Assembly: GCA_964574655.1 (NCBI GenBank)
Contig: CAZNOH010000001.1
Span: forward strand, 137,852-201,851
Direction: 5' to 3'
Length of the DNA stretch: 64,000 nucleotides
Source of the DNA: an uncultured Candidatus Saccharibacteria bacterium
Lineage (GTDB): Bacteria > Patescibacteriota > JABMPQ01 > JAQVVF01
The notes beneath the pieces were generated by a model, which saw only the letters and a list, made by a program, of their open reading frames with translations, had not been told where the DNA came from and did no database searches. This document shows, in pieces, positions 16,508-26,460 of the stretch; the stretch's first letter is position 1; every line of letters starts with the position of its first letter. Position numbers and translations under genes: made by a program.

Positions 16508-17875
16508 ATGTCGGACAAATTTGATGTTGTGATCGTTGGTGCTGGACCTGCGGGTTTGTTTGCAGCTTATGAGTTGGTTACGGTAAACTCTGGCTTGAAT
16601 GTTTGTTTGATTGATCGTGGTCCTTCAATTAAGAATCGTACCAGCAGGGATGTTATGTGCGGTGTAGGAGGAACGGGTTTGTTTTCTGACGTAAAACTTC
16701 ATGTTTCAGCTGTATTGTCGCACGAAATGATGTTGAGACTGGTGCCTGTACAAGAATATCAAGAAGTTGTTGATTATGTAGATTCTATTTTTACTGAATA
16801 TGGTGCTCCGGATAGTTATTTTCCTAGAGAAGAAGATGAAGAAAAAGTAAGACAATTGGTAGATGAAGCTGGGCTTTGTGGAATTAAATTGGTTTCGCGG
16901 AAAGTGAGACATGTTGGATCTGACAATTCACCAAGAATTATTGCAAGGTTTGAAGATTTCTTAGTTGCTTCTGGTGTGACATTGAGAACAAATTGTCATG
17001 TTGAGAGAATATTGGTTGAGAATGGTAGTTGTGTTGGTGTTCTAACGAAAGATAATGAAGAGATATTTGCTTCCTATGTTTTAATTGCTCCTGGAAGATT
17101 GGGATCAGCTTGGTTGCAAAAATTAGCAGTACATTTCAATCTAGGCCACAATTATGAAAAGGTTTTGATTGGGGCTAGAGTCGAATTTCCAGCGGCAGTT
17201 ATGCAACGTCATTCCGATGTAATGTATGAACCTATCTTCTTGATTCGGACGCCAACTTATGATGATCAAGTTAGAACATTTTGTCCATGTCCGAGAGGTA
17301 AGGTAAGTATGGAGAGTTACGATGGTTATATCGGAGTGAATGGTTTTTCAGAATCAAGCTATGCATCAGGTAATTCTAACTTTGCTTTTTTAACAGAAGT
17401 GCAATTGGTTAAACCAGTCGAGAATACAACTGATTATGCTGAAATGATGGCAAGAATGGCGACAACTTTAGGTGGCGGGAAACCAATTTTGCAAAGGCTA
17501 GCTGATCTGAGATGCAGTAGAAGGAGTACTTGGGAGCGGATAAGTCATAGTTTTGTTGAACCAACTTTGAGAGAGGTAACACCAGGAGATATAGCTATGG
17601 CGTTGTCAGGAAGAATAGTTGTAAATTTGTTGGAAGGATTAGAAATCTTGGATCGGATTTTACCTGGAATAAATAATGGATCAACATTACTTTATGTGCC
17701 TGAATTAAAGAATCGTTCTTCAGTGATACAAACTGATTCATTTTTAGCTACAGCCATGCCAGGACTTTTTATGGCTGGCGAAGGGGCTGGTGTTTCTGGC
17801 AACATTGTTGGAGCAGCGGCAACAGGAGTGATTGCAGCTAGAGGAATTTTGAAGCAAGGAGGAAAGAATGAATGA
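16508..17875 (+). CDS. FAD-dependent oxidoreductase (COG2509-like NAD(FAD)-utilising dehydrogenase).
   Basis: N-terminal Rossmann motif VVIVGAGPAGLFAA and C-terminal MAGEGAGVSGNIVGAAATGVIAA. The supplied ORF 16466 is over-extended through the 5' UTR hairpin; the ATG at 16508 is preceded by the Shine-Dalgarno sequence GGGAGGAG. Confidence 0.7.
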   Translation: MSDKFDVVIVGAGPAGLFAAYELVTVNSGLNVCLIDRGPSIKNRTSRDVMCGVGGTGLFSDVKLHVSAVLSHEMMLRLVPVQEYQEVVDYVDSIFTEYGAPDSYFPREEDEEKVRQLVDEAGLCGIKLVSRKVRHVGSDNSPRIIARFEDFLVASGVTLRTNCHVERILVENGSCVGVLTKDNEEIFASYVLIAPGRLGSAWLQKLAVHFNLGHNYEKVLIGARVEFPAAVMQRHSDVMYEPIFLIRTPTYDDQVRTFCPCPRGKVSMESYDGYIGVNGFSESSYASGNSNFAFLTEVQLVKPVENTTDYAEMMARMATTLGGGKPILQRLADLRCSRRSTWERISHSFVEPTLREVTPGDIAMALSGRIVVNLLEGLEILDRILPGINNGSTLLYVPELKNRSSVIQTDSFLATAMPGLFMAGEGAGVSGNIVGAAATGVIAARGILKQGGKNE

Positions 17876-18035
17876 TTACTTGACTTGGCATGAATATTCA
17901 AGGGGATGTTTGTCTGTATTGGTTTATATTGGATTGATCATTATATTTACACATATGCCTTATATACGAGCATATCTTGATGAGCGAGAGGACAGGAAGA
18001 TTCGAAGAATGATTGAAAAGATTAATGGAAAATAA
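17868..18035 (+). CDS. Possible small single-transmembrane protein (55 aa) whose start overlaps the stop of the FAD oxidoreductase (ATGAATGA).
   Basis: My manual translation gives MNDYLTWHEYSRGCLSVLVYIGLIIIFTHMPYIRAYLDEREDRKIRRMIEKINGK. It is below the length cutoff of the ORF track. Confidence 0.25.
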   Translation: MNDYLTWHEYSRGCLSVLVYIGLIIIFTHMPYIRAYLDEREDRKIRRMIEKINGK

Positions 18036-18111
18036 ATTGCACATTTAAGATCTTATTGAAGGTCTTATTTTTTTATGGTAAAATTTAAAAGCAAAAATAA
18101 TTTTAAATTAT

Positions 18112-19458
18112 ATGGAAAATTTAATGGATAAAATTGTATCGTTGGCAAAAAGAAGAGGATTTATTTTTCCGTCTTCAGAAATTTATGGCGGTTTTTCTTC
18201 TTGTTATGATTACGGTCCGATTGGAGTTGAATTAAAAAATAATATTAAGATGCAGTGGTGGAAAACTATGGTACATGATCGAGAGGATATAGTAGGTTTG
18301 GATGCCTCAATACTAATGTCACCAAAAGTTTGGTATGCATCTGGTCATTTGTCGGCTGGCTTTGCTGATCCAATGGCAGAATGCAAAAAATGCAACAAGA
18401 GATTTAGAGCTGATCATTTGAAAGAAGAAGCAATAACAAAATGTCCGGAGTGTGGTGGTGAATTGGGCGAGGTGAGAAAATTTAATCTAATGATGAAGAC
18501 TTTTGTTGGGCCATTGGAAAATGAATCAAGCATTGCTTACCTAAGAGCAGAAACTTGCCAAGGGATTTATGTTAATTTTAAAAATGTTTTGGATACCATG
18601 AGACCAAAAATTCCATTTGGTATCGCCCAGATTGGTAAGGCTTTTCGTAATGAAATTACGCCTGGAAATTTTACTTTTAGAATGCGTGAGTTTGAACAAA
18701 TGGAACAGCAGTTTTTTATTAAACCGGGAGAGAACGTAAAATATTTTGAAGAATGGAAAAAAATAAGAATGCAGTGGTATATTGATTTAGGTATAAGTCC
18801 GGAAAAGCTAAAATTTCATGAACATGCAAAAGAAGATTTAGCTCATTATGCTAAAGCTGCTTTTGATATTGAATATGATTTTCCTTTTGATAACAAAGAA
18901 TTAGAAGGCATTCATGATCGAGGGGATTGGGATCTTTCTAACCATGCAAAATCTTCTAAACAAGATCTATCTTATTTTGATACAAAAGAGAACAAAAAAT
19001 TTGTTCCAAATATAATAGAGACTTCAGCCGGTGCAGATCGAGCGGTATTGGCTTTTTTGGTTGATGCTTATTATGAAGAATCCGTTTTCGCTTCTAAAGG
19101 AGCTTCAACGGACAAAGAAAGTAAAGATAATATGAGAGTAGTGTTGAAATTTCATCCAAAAATTGCTCCAATTAAAATTGCTGTTTTGCCTTTGGCTAAA
19201 AATAAAACAGATATTACTGATTTGGCTAAGAAGATATTCAATGGTCTTAAGGCTAGATTTGTTTCAATGTATGATGAATCTGGAAGCATTGGAAAATTAT
19301 ATAGAAGGCAAGATGAAATCGGTACGCCATTTTGTGTGACAATTGATTTTGATAGCTTGGAAGATAAAAAAGTGACAATTAGAGATCGAGATACAATGGA
19401 ACAAGAAAGAGTGGAAATTGATGGATTGAAAGATTATTTTGAAAAGAAATTAGACTGA
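18112..19458 (+). CDS. glyQS: Glycyl-tRNA synthetase (class II, dimeric GlyQS type).
   Basis: 448 aa; N-terminal KRRGFIFPSSEIYGGFSSCYDYGPIGVELKNN plus the class II core and C-terminal anticodon-binding region. Confidence 0.9.
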   Translation: MENLMDKIVSLAKRRGFIFPSSEIYGGFSSCYDYGPIGVELKNNIKMQWWKTMVHDREDIVGLDASILMSPKVWYASGHLSAGFADPMAECKKCNKRFRADHLKEEAITKCPECGGELGEVRKFNLMMKTFVGPLENESSIAYLRAETCQGIYVNFKNVLDTMRPKIPFGIAQIGKAFRNEITPGNFTFRMREFEQMEQQFFIKPGENVKYFEEWKKIRMQWYIDLGISPEKLKFHEHAKEDLAHYAKAAFDIEYDFPFDNKELEGIHDRGDWDLSNHAKSSKQDLSYFDTKENKKFVPNIIETSAGADRAVLAFLVDAYYEESVFASKGASTDKESKDNMRVVLKFHPKIAPIKIAVLPLAKNKTDITDLAKKIFNGLKARFVSMYDESGSIGKLYRRQDEIGTPFCVTIDFDSLEDKKVTIRDRDTMEQERVEIDGLKDYFEKKLD

Positions 19459-19533
19459 GTTAGAAAGTTTAAAGTTATCCGCCTTCGTCCTGCTGGACTT
19501 TGGCGGACAGGTAAAGTTTATAAAGTATCTAAG

Positions 19534-19557
19534 ACCGCTCTTGCTAGCGGTTTTTTG
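19534..19557 (+). terminator. glyQS intrinsic terminator (ACCGCT-cttgct-AGCGGT + T6).
   Basis: I read it directly. The hairpin element at 19478-19512 lies just upstream. Confidence 0.65.
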
Positions 19558-19645
19558 TTAGACATTAATTATTATTTTTAGTATAATTTGTGTATATTCG
19601 CCTACGTCCTGTGGGACTTTGGCGGACAAAGTAATTTTAAAATAT

Positions 19646-20575
19646 ATGCCAATAGGTGAAGAACCTCCTTTTGATCCAGAAGAAGGAGAACAAAGAACAT
19701 ATACTCAGCCTGGAATTGAAAAAGAAGAAGGCAGTGAAGCAAGAAGAGCACGAGAAATTTATGAAAATTTGGTAAATCGGAGGTTGGGTAAAGCAGTTGA
19801 TATTGCAGCTGTTCCAGAGGAAGCCAGGGAAAGGCTGATGACAGCTTTAAAGGAACAAGCAAGAGAGATAGCTTTTGAACAGATAAGAGGAGAAAAAGAT
19901 GAATTGACTGGACTTTGGAGAAAAGAAGGATTAGCTAGACAATTTGAAATTGAATTGGACTACATGGAAACTTATAAATCTGACGAGGTGATGGTTTTGA
20001 TTGCCGTAGACTTAGATCGTTTTAAAAGAATAAATGATACATTGGGACATGAGGGTGCAGATAAGGTATTAAAGAGTTTTGGATTGGTTATTCGTGAGGC
20101 AATTAGAAAAACTGATTTAGGAGGAAGGCCTGGTGGCGATGAATTTGTTATAGTGCTGACAAGAGTGAAAAAGACTGATATTGATAAAACTGTTAATAAT
20201 TTATTAGAGAATATTAGAAAGATTGATGTTCCTGAACTTGGAAATTTAACAGCTAGTTTGGGAGTAGCATTGATTGAAAAAGGTGAAAAGCCATACTTTG
20301 AGGATAAAAGAGAGGAAGCTGATTTTGCAACTTATGTTGCGAAAAGAAATGGACGTGATCGTTCTGTAAGATCTGATAGTAACGAAATGCAGGATGTGGA
20401 AAAAGGAGAAGACTGGTTTTTTACGATGCAAAAGGAAAAGAATGGGCGAGAAATAGAAAGATATTCCATATTTTCTGATTTGTTAGAAAAATTTATTAAT
20501 TTGCTTGCACAGCAGGCTAAATTAGATTATGAATTATATTTAGAAGAGAAAAAAATAAAAGAAAAACAAAGTTGA
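19646..20575 (+). CDS. GGDEF-domain diguanylate cyclase with an intact GGDEF motif and RxxD I-site (IRKTDLGGRPGGDEF), plus an acidic/coiled N-terminus.
   Basis: DLDRFKRINDTLGHEGAD...RPGGDEFVIVL. The supplied ORF 19619 starts at a TTG inside the 5' UTR hairpin; the likely start is the ATG at 19646 (MPIGEEPP). A promoter-like TTAGAC-N18-TATAAT is at 19555-19587. Confidence 0.75.
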   Translation: MPIGEEPPFDPEEGEQRTYTQPGIEKEEGSEARRAREIYENLVNRRLGKAVDIAAVPEEARERLMTALKEQAREIAFEQIRGEKDELTGLWRKEGLARQFEIELDYMETYKSDEVMVLIAVDLDRFKRINDTLGHEGADKVLKSFGLVIREAIRKTDLGGRPGGDEFVIVLTRVKKTDIDKTVNNLLENIRKIDVPELGNLTASLGVALIEKGEKPYFEDKREEADFATYVAKRNGRDRSVRSDSNEMQDVEKGEDWFFTMQKEKNGREIERYSIFSDLLEKFINLLAQQAKLDYELYLEEKKIKEKQS

Positions 20576-20596
20576 TTTTTATTAAATTATTAAATC

Positions 20597-21862
20597 ATGT
20601 ATAAAAAAACTAGTTTGAAATCAGGTTTGCGATTTATTCATGTACCTGTAAAAGATATTGATACAGCAACCTTTTTAATTCTTTTTGGCGTAGGTTCAAA
20701 ATATGAAACTGGCAAAATAGCTGGGCTTTCTCATTTTTTAGAGCATATGTTTTTTAAGGGGACGACAAAAAGACCAGATTCGATGGCAATTTCTGAATAT
20801 CTAGACGAGGTTGGCGGAGAGTATAATGCTTTTACTTCTAAAGAATATACTGGATATTATGCCAAGGTTGCTTCAAAACATGTTGAACGAGGCGTTGATT
20901 TTGTGTCTGATATATTACTACATTCTAAATTTGATAGTACAGAGATAGAAAAAGAACGTGGCGTAATTATTGAAGAAATGAATATGTATCGTGATATGCC
21001 GACAAGTTATGCTCCAGAATTATTTGAGAAATTGTTGTATGGAAAAACACCAGCAGGAGAATTAGTTGTTGGACATCGAGAATCTATTTTAGGCGTCAAG
21101 CGCGATGATTTTGTTAATTATTTTAAAAATCATTATTTAATAAAGAATGCGGTTGTGTGCATGTCTGGAAATATTGATGAAGAAAAAAGTTTAGATTTGG
21201 CTGAAAAATATTTAGGCGAATTTGTTGATGGAGAAAGAAAAGAAAAAGAAAAAGTTGTAGAAAAGCAGAACAAGCCAGAGATTTTAGTTTTTAACAAAAA
21301 AACTGATCAGACCCATTTATGTTTAGGAGCTAGAGCTTTTGACATGTTTTCAGAAAAGCGTTATCCATTATTATTGCTATCAGTTATTTTAGGCGGTGGA
21401 ATGAGCTCTAGATTGTTCTCAGAAATTAGAGAAAAAAGAGGATTAGCTTATTATGTTCGTGCAAATTCTGAAGAATATACTGATTCTGGATATTTAGCTG
21501 TGCAAGCTGGTGTTAAAAATGAAAATGCAGATGATGCAATAAAGGTATGCATAAACGAATTCAAAAAAATCAGAGATATAAAAGTTTCTGAAAAAGAATT
21601 AAATAAAGCTAAAGAATTTATAAAAGGCAAGACTTTGATTGGCTTGGAATCTTCTGATGAAAAGGCAATGTTTTTTTCAATGCAAGAAGTTTTGAAAAAT
21701 AAGATAGAGACTGTCGAAGAAAAATTTAAAAAGATTGATGCAGTGATAGCGGATGATGTGCAGAAAATTGCACAAGAAATTTTTACAAATGAAAAATTGA
21801 ATTTATCGATTATTGGATCTATTGAAGATAAAGAAAAATATTTGAAATTGTTAAATTTATAA
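20597..21862 (+). CDS. M16-family zinc peptidase (pitrilysin/insulinase-like).
   Basis: Inverted zinc motif HFLEHMFFKGT (HxxEH). Confidence 0.8.
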   Translation: MYKKTSLKSGLRFIHVPVKDIDTATFLILFGVGSKYETGKIAGLSHFLEHMFFKGTTKRPDSMAISEYLDEVGGEYNAFTSKEYTGYYAKVASKHVERGVDFVSDILLHSKFDSTEIEKERGVIIEEMNMYRDMPTSYAPELFEKLLYGKTPAGELVVGHRESILGVKRDDFVNYFKNHYLIKNAVVCMSGNIDEEKSLDLAEKYLGEFVDGERKEKEKVVEKQNKPEILVFNKKTDQTHLCLGARAFDMFSEKRYPLLLLSVILGGGMSSRLFSEIREKRGLAYYVRANSEEYTDSGYLAVQAGVKNENADDAIKVCINEFKKIRDIKVSEKELNKAKEFIKGKTLIGLESSDEKAMFFSMQEVLKNKIETVEEKFKKIDAVIADDVQKIAQEIFTNEKLNLSIIGSIEDKEKYLKLLNL

Positions 21863-21878
21863 TTTTTAATATAAATCT

Positions 21879-23048
21879 ATGCAAAAATTGTTAGATCGCA
21901 AAGTAGTTTTTGATGTTTCTTATGCTACTTTTTTAAGAGCAGTTTTAATTGTGTTGTTGTTAATGTTTTTGTTCGCAGTTAAAGATATCTTGTTAATAAT
22001 TTTTGTGGCTTTGATTATCGCTTCAGGCTTGGATCCTGTAATCGATTGGCTTCAGAAAAAAAGAATTCCTCGTGGCATTAGTTCTCTTTTCCTTTTTTTG
22101 ATTTTGTTTGGTTTGATTGCGTTAATTGTCTATTTATTGGTACCGCCATTGGTTGAACAAACACAGCAATTAGTTGAAGTTTTGCCAGGTTATTTTCAAA
22201 CTGTTTTTGAAAAAGTTTCTGAATTTACAGGCTATTCTCAAGAACAGAGTTTAGATAAGGCAAAGGAGATATTGACTTCATTAGAAGACAAAGTAGGAGG
22301 TGCAGCATCAAGTGTTTATGGCTGGATTTCTGGTTTGTTTGGCGGAATTTTATCAGTAGTTATGATTTTTGTCTTATCCTTTTATTTTATTGTTGAAGAA
22401 GGAAGTTTTAAAAAATTTATTAGATCAATTGTTCCTTTTCGTCATCGTCCTTATGTTGAAGATTTAGTTGGTAGAATGCAACTTCAAGTTGGTAAATGGC
22501 TAAGAGGGCAGTTGTTATTAGGTGTGATTGTTGGAGTTGTGATCTATATTGGTTTGTCATTGATGGGAGTGAAATATGCTTTAGTGTTGGCGCTTGTGGC
22601 AGGCCTTTTAGAAGTTATACCATATATCGGACCAGTGATTTCCGCTATTCCGGCAATTTTAATTGCATCTGCGCAGTCTCCTTTATTGGCTTTGTTTGTG
22701 ATAATTTTGTACTTCTTAGTTCAACAGTTAGAAAACCATATATTGGTTCCGAAAATAATGCAAAAGGTTGTTGGACTTAATCCATTAGTAATTATCTTGG
22801 TTATATTAGTTGCTGTGAAACTAGCAGGAATTTTAGGAGCAATAGTCGCTGTTCCAGCTGCTACTTTGCTTTCTGTTTTCTTACGTGATTTATTTGATGA
22901 AAGAGACAAAAAAGATGAAGAAAAATTGAAAACACAAATCTGCAAGCCAGGAGAAGTGGAATTGGCTGGAGTAAAATCAGAGCATGTTGAGGATTTACAA
23001 AAGCGTGTATGTAAAATACCGCCAGAGAAAAAAGAGATAGAAACTTAA
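21879..23048 (+). CDS. AI-2E family transporter (UPF0118/PerM-like permease).
   Basis: Polytopic membrane protein with the conserved ...LLEVIPYIGPVISAIPAILIA... block. Confidence 0.75.
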   Translation: MQKLLDRKVVFDVSYATFLRAVLIVLLLMFLFAVKDILLIIFVALIIASGLDPVIDWLQKKRIPRGISSLFLFLILFGLIALIVYLLVPPLVEQTQQLVEVLPGYFQTVFEKVSEFTGYSQEQSLDKAKEILTSLEDKVGGAASSVYGWISGLFGGILSVVMIFVLSFYFIVEEGSFKKFIRSIVPFRHRPYVEDLVGRMQLQVGKWLRGQLLLGVIVGVVIYIGLSLMGVKYALVLALVAGLLEVIPYIGPVISAIPAILIASAQSPLLALFVIILYFLVQQLENHILVPKIMQKVVGLNPLVIILVILVAVKLAGILGAIVAVPAATLLSVFLRDLFDERDKKDEEKLKTQICKPGEVELAGVKSEHVEDLQKRVCKIPPEKKEIET

Positions 23049-23052
23049 TTAT

Positions 23053-23130
23053 TGTCATTCCGAGCGAAGCGAGGAATCCCGTGGTTTTTTGTTAAATTCA
23101 TGGGATCCCTCACTGCTGTTCGGGATGACA
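23053..23130. repeat. Long imperfect inverted repeat (about 28-nt arms) TGTCATTCCGAGCGAAGCGAGGAATCCC ... GGGATCCCTCACTGCTGTTCGGGATGACA, with a 21-nt spacer containing a T-run, between the AI-2E gene and rsmI.
   Basis: I read it directly; the arms are reverse complements with a few mismatches. Confidence 0.5.
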
Positions 23131-23136
23131 GATGAA

Positions 23137-23793
23137 ATTATGGGCATACTATATGTGGTTGGAACGCCAGTTGGAAATTTAAAAGATATAACTTTACGCG
23201 CTTTGGAGATTTTAAAGAGCGTTGATTTGATTGCTTGCGAAGATACGAGAGTGACGGCAAAATTATTAGCAAGATATGAAATCAGCAAATCTTTAATTTC
23301 TTATCATCAGTACAGTAAATTGCAAAAGATTGATTTGTTAATTAACGAATTAAAAAATGGAAAAAATGTGGCTTTAGTTTCTGATGCTGGTACGCCAACT
23401 ATTTCTGATCCTGGAGATGTTTTGGTCAATGAGGCGTATAAAAACAATATTAAAATAATTTCGATTCCTGGAGTTTCAGCTTGTATTTCGGCTATCTCAA
23501 TTTCTGGTTTTAATACTAATGAATTTGTTTTCTTGGGTTTTTTGCCAAAGAAAAAAGGACGAGAGACGATGTTAAAATCTTTACAGGAAGAGAAAAGATT
23601 GATAATATTTTATGAGTCGCCTTTTAGGATCAAGAAAACATTAAATGACATTTTAGAAAAACTTGGCGATAAAGAAGTATTTGTGGCTCGTGAATTGACA
23701 AAAATGTTTGAAGAAGTGTATCGAGGAAAAGTTTCGGAAATTATGGATAAGATTAAAGAAAAGGGTGAATTTGTAGTGATAATAAAAAATTAA
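23137..23793 (+). CDS. rsmI: 16S rRNA (cytidine1402-2'-O)-methyltransferase RsmI.
   Basis: GILYVVGTPVGNLKDITLRALEILKSVDLIACEDTR. The supplied ORF 23089 runs through the inverted repeat; the ATG at 23137 is the likely start. Confidence 0.85.
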   Translation: MMGILYVVGTPVGNLKDITLRALEILKSVDLIACEDTRVTAKLLARYEISKSLISYHQYSKLQKIDLLINELKNGKNVALVSDAGTPTISDPGDVLVNEAYKNNIKIISIPGVSACISAISISGFNTNEFVFLGFLPKKKGRETMLKSLQEEKRLIIFYESPFRIKKTLNDILEKLGDKEVFVARELTKMFEEVYRGKVSEIMDKIKEKGEFVVIIKN

Positions 23794-23798
23794 TATTT

Positions 23799-25313
23799 AT
23801 GACAAAGAAATTTTATATAACAACTCCGATCTATTACGTAAATGATAAGCCGCATCTTGGTCATGCTTATACAACGATTGCAGCTGACATCTTGGCTAGA
23901 TATCATAGACTAAAAGGTGATGATGTTTTCTTTTTGACTGGAACCGATGAGCATGGTGCAAAAGTAGCAAAGTCTGCTGAAAAAGTAGGTAAAACGCCAA
24001 AACAATTTTGTGATGAAATTTCTGCTTTATATACTTCTCTTTGGGATGCGTTGAATATTTCCAATAATGATTTTATTAGGACAACTGATGAACGTCATAA
24101 AAATGGTGCGATTAAATTCATTGAAAAATTAAAAGAAGCCGATGCTATTTATGAGGGATCATATGATGGATTGTATTGCACTGGTTGCGAAAAATTTTTG
24201 ACAGAAAAGGAACTAATAGATGGCAAATGTCCTGATCATAAAATTGCTCCAGAAATAATTTCCGAAAAAAATTATTTTTTTAAGTTGGATAAATATGCTA
24301 AGAAAGTTCAAGAATTAATTGAAAAAGATAAAATTAAAATTGAGCCAGAAAATATCAAGACAGAGGTTTTGGGATTATTTAAACAAGAATTAGAAAATTT
24401 TTCTGTGTCTCGAGAAAAAGTATTATGGGGAATAAAAGTGCCGTGGGATGAAAGCCAAGTAATCTATGTGTGGGTAGATGCATTATCAAATTATATTACA
24501 GCTTTGGGATATGGAAATACTGATGACTCAAAATTTAAAAAATATTGGCCAGCTGATCTGCATCTAATGGGAAAAGATATTATAAAATTTCATGCAATTT
24601 ATTGGCCGGCAATGCTGTTAGCAGCAAAGCTTGCAGTTCCTAAGCATATTTTTGCAAATGGTTATTTTACAGTTAATAATCAGAAAATGAGTAAAACAAT
24701 TGGCAATGTGATTGATCCGAATGATTTAGTTAAAAAATATGGATCTGATGCTGCAAGGTACTTAATTATTTCTCAATTTCCTTTTGGACAAGATGGTGAT
24801 GTAAAAGCAGAAAAATTTGATGAACAATTTAATGCTAATTTAGCAAATGGTTTAGGAAATTTGGTGAGCAGGGTGACAGCAATGTATTTAAAGTTGAATT
24901 TGAAAAAATGTAAAGGTAAGATATTAGAAAGTAAAGAAGCAGTCAGATTGGTCAATAATGCTTGGAAGAATTATGAAAAGTTTATGGAAGAAAACAAAGT
25001 TGACCAAAGTTTGAAAACAACTTTTAGTTTAGTAAAATTTGCTAATGAATATATATCAGTTGAAAAACCATGGGAATTGTTTGGAAAAGATGATGAAAAA
25101 TGCGCTTTGGTATTGTGCAACTTAATTGAAATAATCAGGCATATTGCTTGGATGATTTATCCTTTTTTGCCAGAGACAGCAGAAAATATTTTGACGCAAT
25201 TTTCTCTTTGGGAAGAAGAAAGCAAGTTAGAATATATTAAATTAAAAAAATGGAAGCGTTTTGATTTAGATTTGCAGGTTAAAAAGGGTCAGGCTTTGTT
25301 TCCACGCATTTAA
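23799..25313 (+). CDS. metG: Methionyl-tRNA synthetase (short form).
   Basis: PIYYVNDKPHLGHAYT (canonical HLGH) and KMSKTIGN. Confidence 0.9.
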   Translation: MTKKFYITTPIYYVNDKPHLGHAYTTIAADILARYHRLKGDDVFFLTGTDEHGAKVAKSAEKVGKTPKQFCDEISALYTSLWDALNISNNDFIRTTDERHKNGAIKFIEKLKEADAIYEGSYDGLYCTGCEKFLTEKELIDGKCPDHKIAPEIISEKNYFFKLDKYAKKVQELIEKDKIKIEPENIKTEVLGLFKQELENFSVSREKVLWGIKVPWDESQVIYVWVDALSNYITALGYGNTDDSKFKKYWPADLHLMGKDIIKFHAIYWPAMLLAAKLAVPKHIFANGYFTVNNQKMSKTIGNVIDPNDLVKKYGSDAARYLIISQFPFGQDGDVKAEKFDEQFNANLANGLGNLVSRVTAMYLKLNLKKCKGKILESKEAVRLVNNAWKNYEKFMEENKVDQSLKTTFSLVKFANEYISVEKPWELFGKDDEKCALVLCNLIEIIRHIAWMIYPFLPETAENILTQFSLWEEESKLEYIKLKKWKRFDLDLQVKKGQALFPRI

Positions 25314-25413
25314 TTTCTCTAATGCTATTTCGAATACGACTAATAAAATCTCTAATACAGTATTAGAGACAGAATTAGAGAAAAGTTTATTAGAATTTAA
25401 TTAAAAAAATAAT

Positions 25414-25758
25414 ATGATAGAAAGATATGAATTTGGTCTAATGTTAATTGATGGAAAAGAATACAAATCAGATATTGTTATTAAGCCTGGTGAGATTTTG
25501 GCAAAAGAATGGTTTCGGGAAGAAGGCCATGAATTGAGAGTTATTGATGTAAAAGATTATATTAACGAAGAAGATAAATTTGTTGTTGTTGGAACTGGCG
25601 ATGGTGGAGAGATGCAAGTCCCAGATGCAACAAAAGAATTTTTCAAAGACAATAATTTAGAAGTCTTTATTGGCGATACAACAAAAGCAGTTGAGGAATA
25701 TAATCGTCTTGAAAAAGAAGGAAGAGGTGTTGTTGGATTTTTTCATATAACTTGCTAA
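25414..25758 (+). CDS. Mth938-like domain protein (DUF498 family); hypothetical.
   Basis: 114 aa ending ...GVVGFFHITC with a VVVGTGDGG core; the family assignment is from memory of the fold's motif pattern. Confidence 0.4.
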   Translation: MIERYEFGLMLIDGKEYKSDIVIKPGEILAKEWFREEGHELRVIDVKDYINEEDKFVVVGTGDGGEMQVPDATKEFFKDNNLEVFIGDTTKAVEEYNRLEKEGRGVVGFFHITC

Positions 25759-25773
25759 ATAAAATAAAATTTT

Positions 25774-26091
25774 ATGAATATAGAAAATAAAGAAAGGCGT
25801 CCTATTTTTGAAGTTGATGGTTATCCGGTATTTGACTCTCAGATTATTGAAAGTGAAAATTCAGTAACTTGTTCATTTCTTTTACAAATGAGTGAGCTAC
25901 CTACTCCTGAAAAAATTTCCTTTCGTAAATTAATGGAAAATAGTGGTGGTTCGGAAATATTGAAAAAGAAAAAATGGATGAATGAACAAAATAAACTTTT
26001 GATAAAGATAAAATTGAGACGAGAATGCTTGAAAGAAGGTCCAGATTTATATAGATTAAAATTCACATATTTGCATGAGGTTACTAATTAG
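25774..26091 (+). CDS. Hypothetical protein (105 aa).
   Basis: ORF only. Confidence 0.3.
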   Translation: MNIENKERRPIFEVDGYPVFDSQIIESENSVTCSFLLQMSELPTPEKISFRKLMENSGGSEILKKKKWMNEQNKLLIKIKLRRECLKEGPDLYRLKFTYLHEVTN

Positions 26092-26098
26092 GCAAATT

Positions 26099-26413
26099 AT
26101 GAAGAAAAAAATTATTGTTGTTGGTTGTTTGTTGTTTTGTGCCATGATTTTGAGTGGTTGTGCAGTGAAGAATATGACTTGTGGGTTGAAAGACGCAAAT
26201 ACAAATTTGTCTTATGCTGATGCTTTGAAAATTGCTAAGGCTAGCGATTGTTTAAAAGAAGGATTGACGACAAAAATTTCTTGCAATGAAAATACAGGAA
26301 CTTGGTGGATTGATTTGAAGACAAAAAAAGAAGGATGCAGTCCAGCTTGCGTGATTGATGTAAAAAATAAAACAGCCGAAGTTAATTGGCGATGTACTGG
26401 TTTAAAGAATTAA
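26099..26413 (+). CDS. Cys-rich lipoprotein (signal peptide with lipobox LSGC).
   Basis: MKKKIIVVGCLLFCAMILSGCAVKN. The start was taken at the ATG at 26099 inside the supplied ORF 26075. Confidence 0.5.
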   Translation: MKKKIIVVGCLLFCAMILSGCAVKNMTCGLKDANTNLSYADALKIAKASDCLKEGLTTKISCNENTGTWWIDLKTKKEGCSPACVIDVKNKTAEVNWRCTGLKN

Positions 26414-26437
26414 TAAGGTAGAGACGTAGCAATGCTA
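26409..26437. repeat. Perfect 13-bp-stem hairpin GTAGAGACGTAGC-aat-GCTACGTCTCTAC overlapping the lipoprotein stop codon; no obvious T-run.
   Basis: I read it directly. Confidence 0.5.
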
Positions 26438-26460
26438 CGTCTCTACAGAAATTAAAAAAT

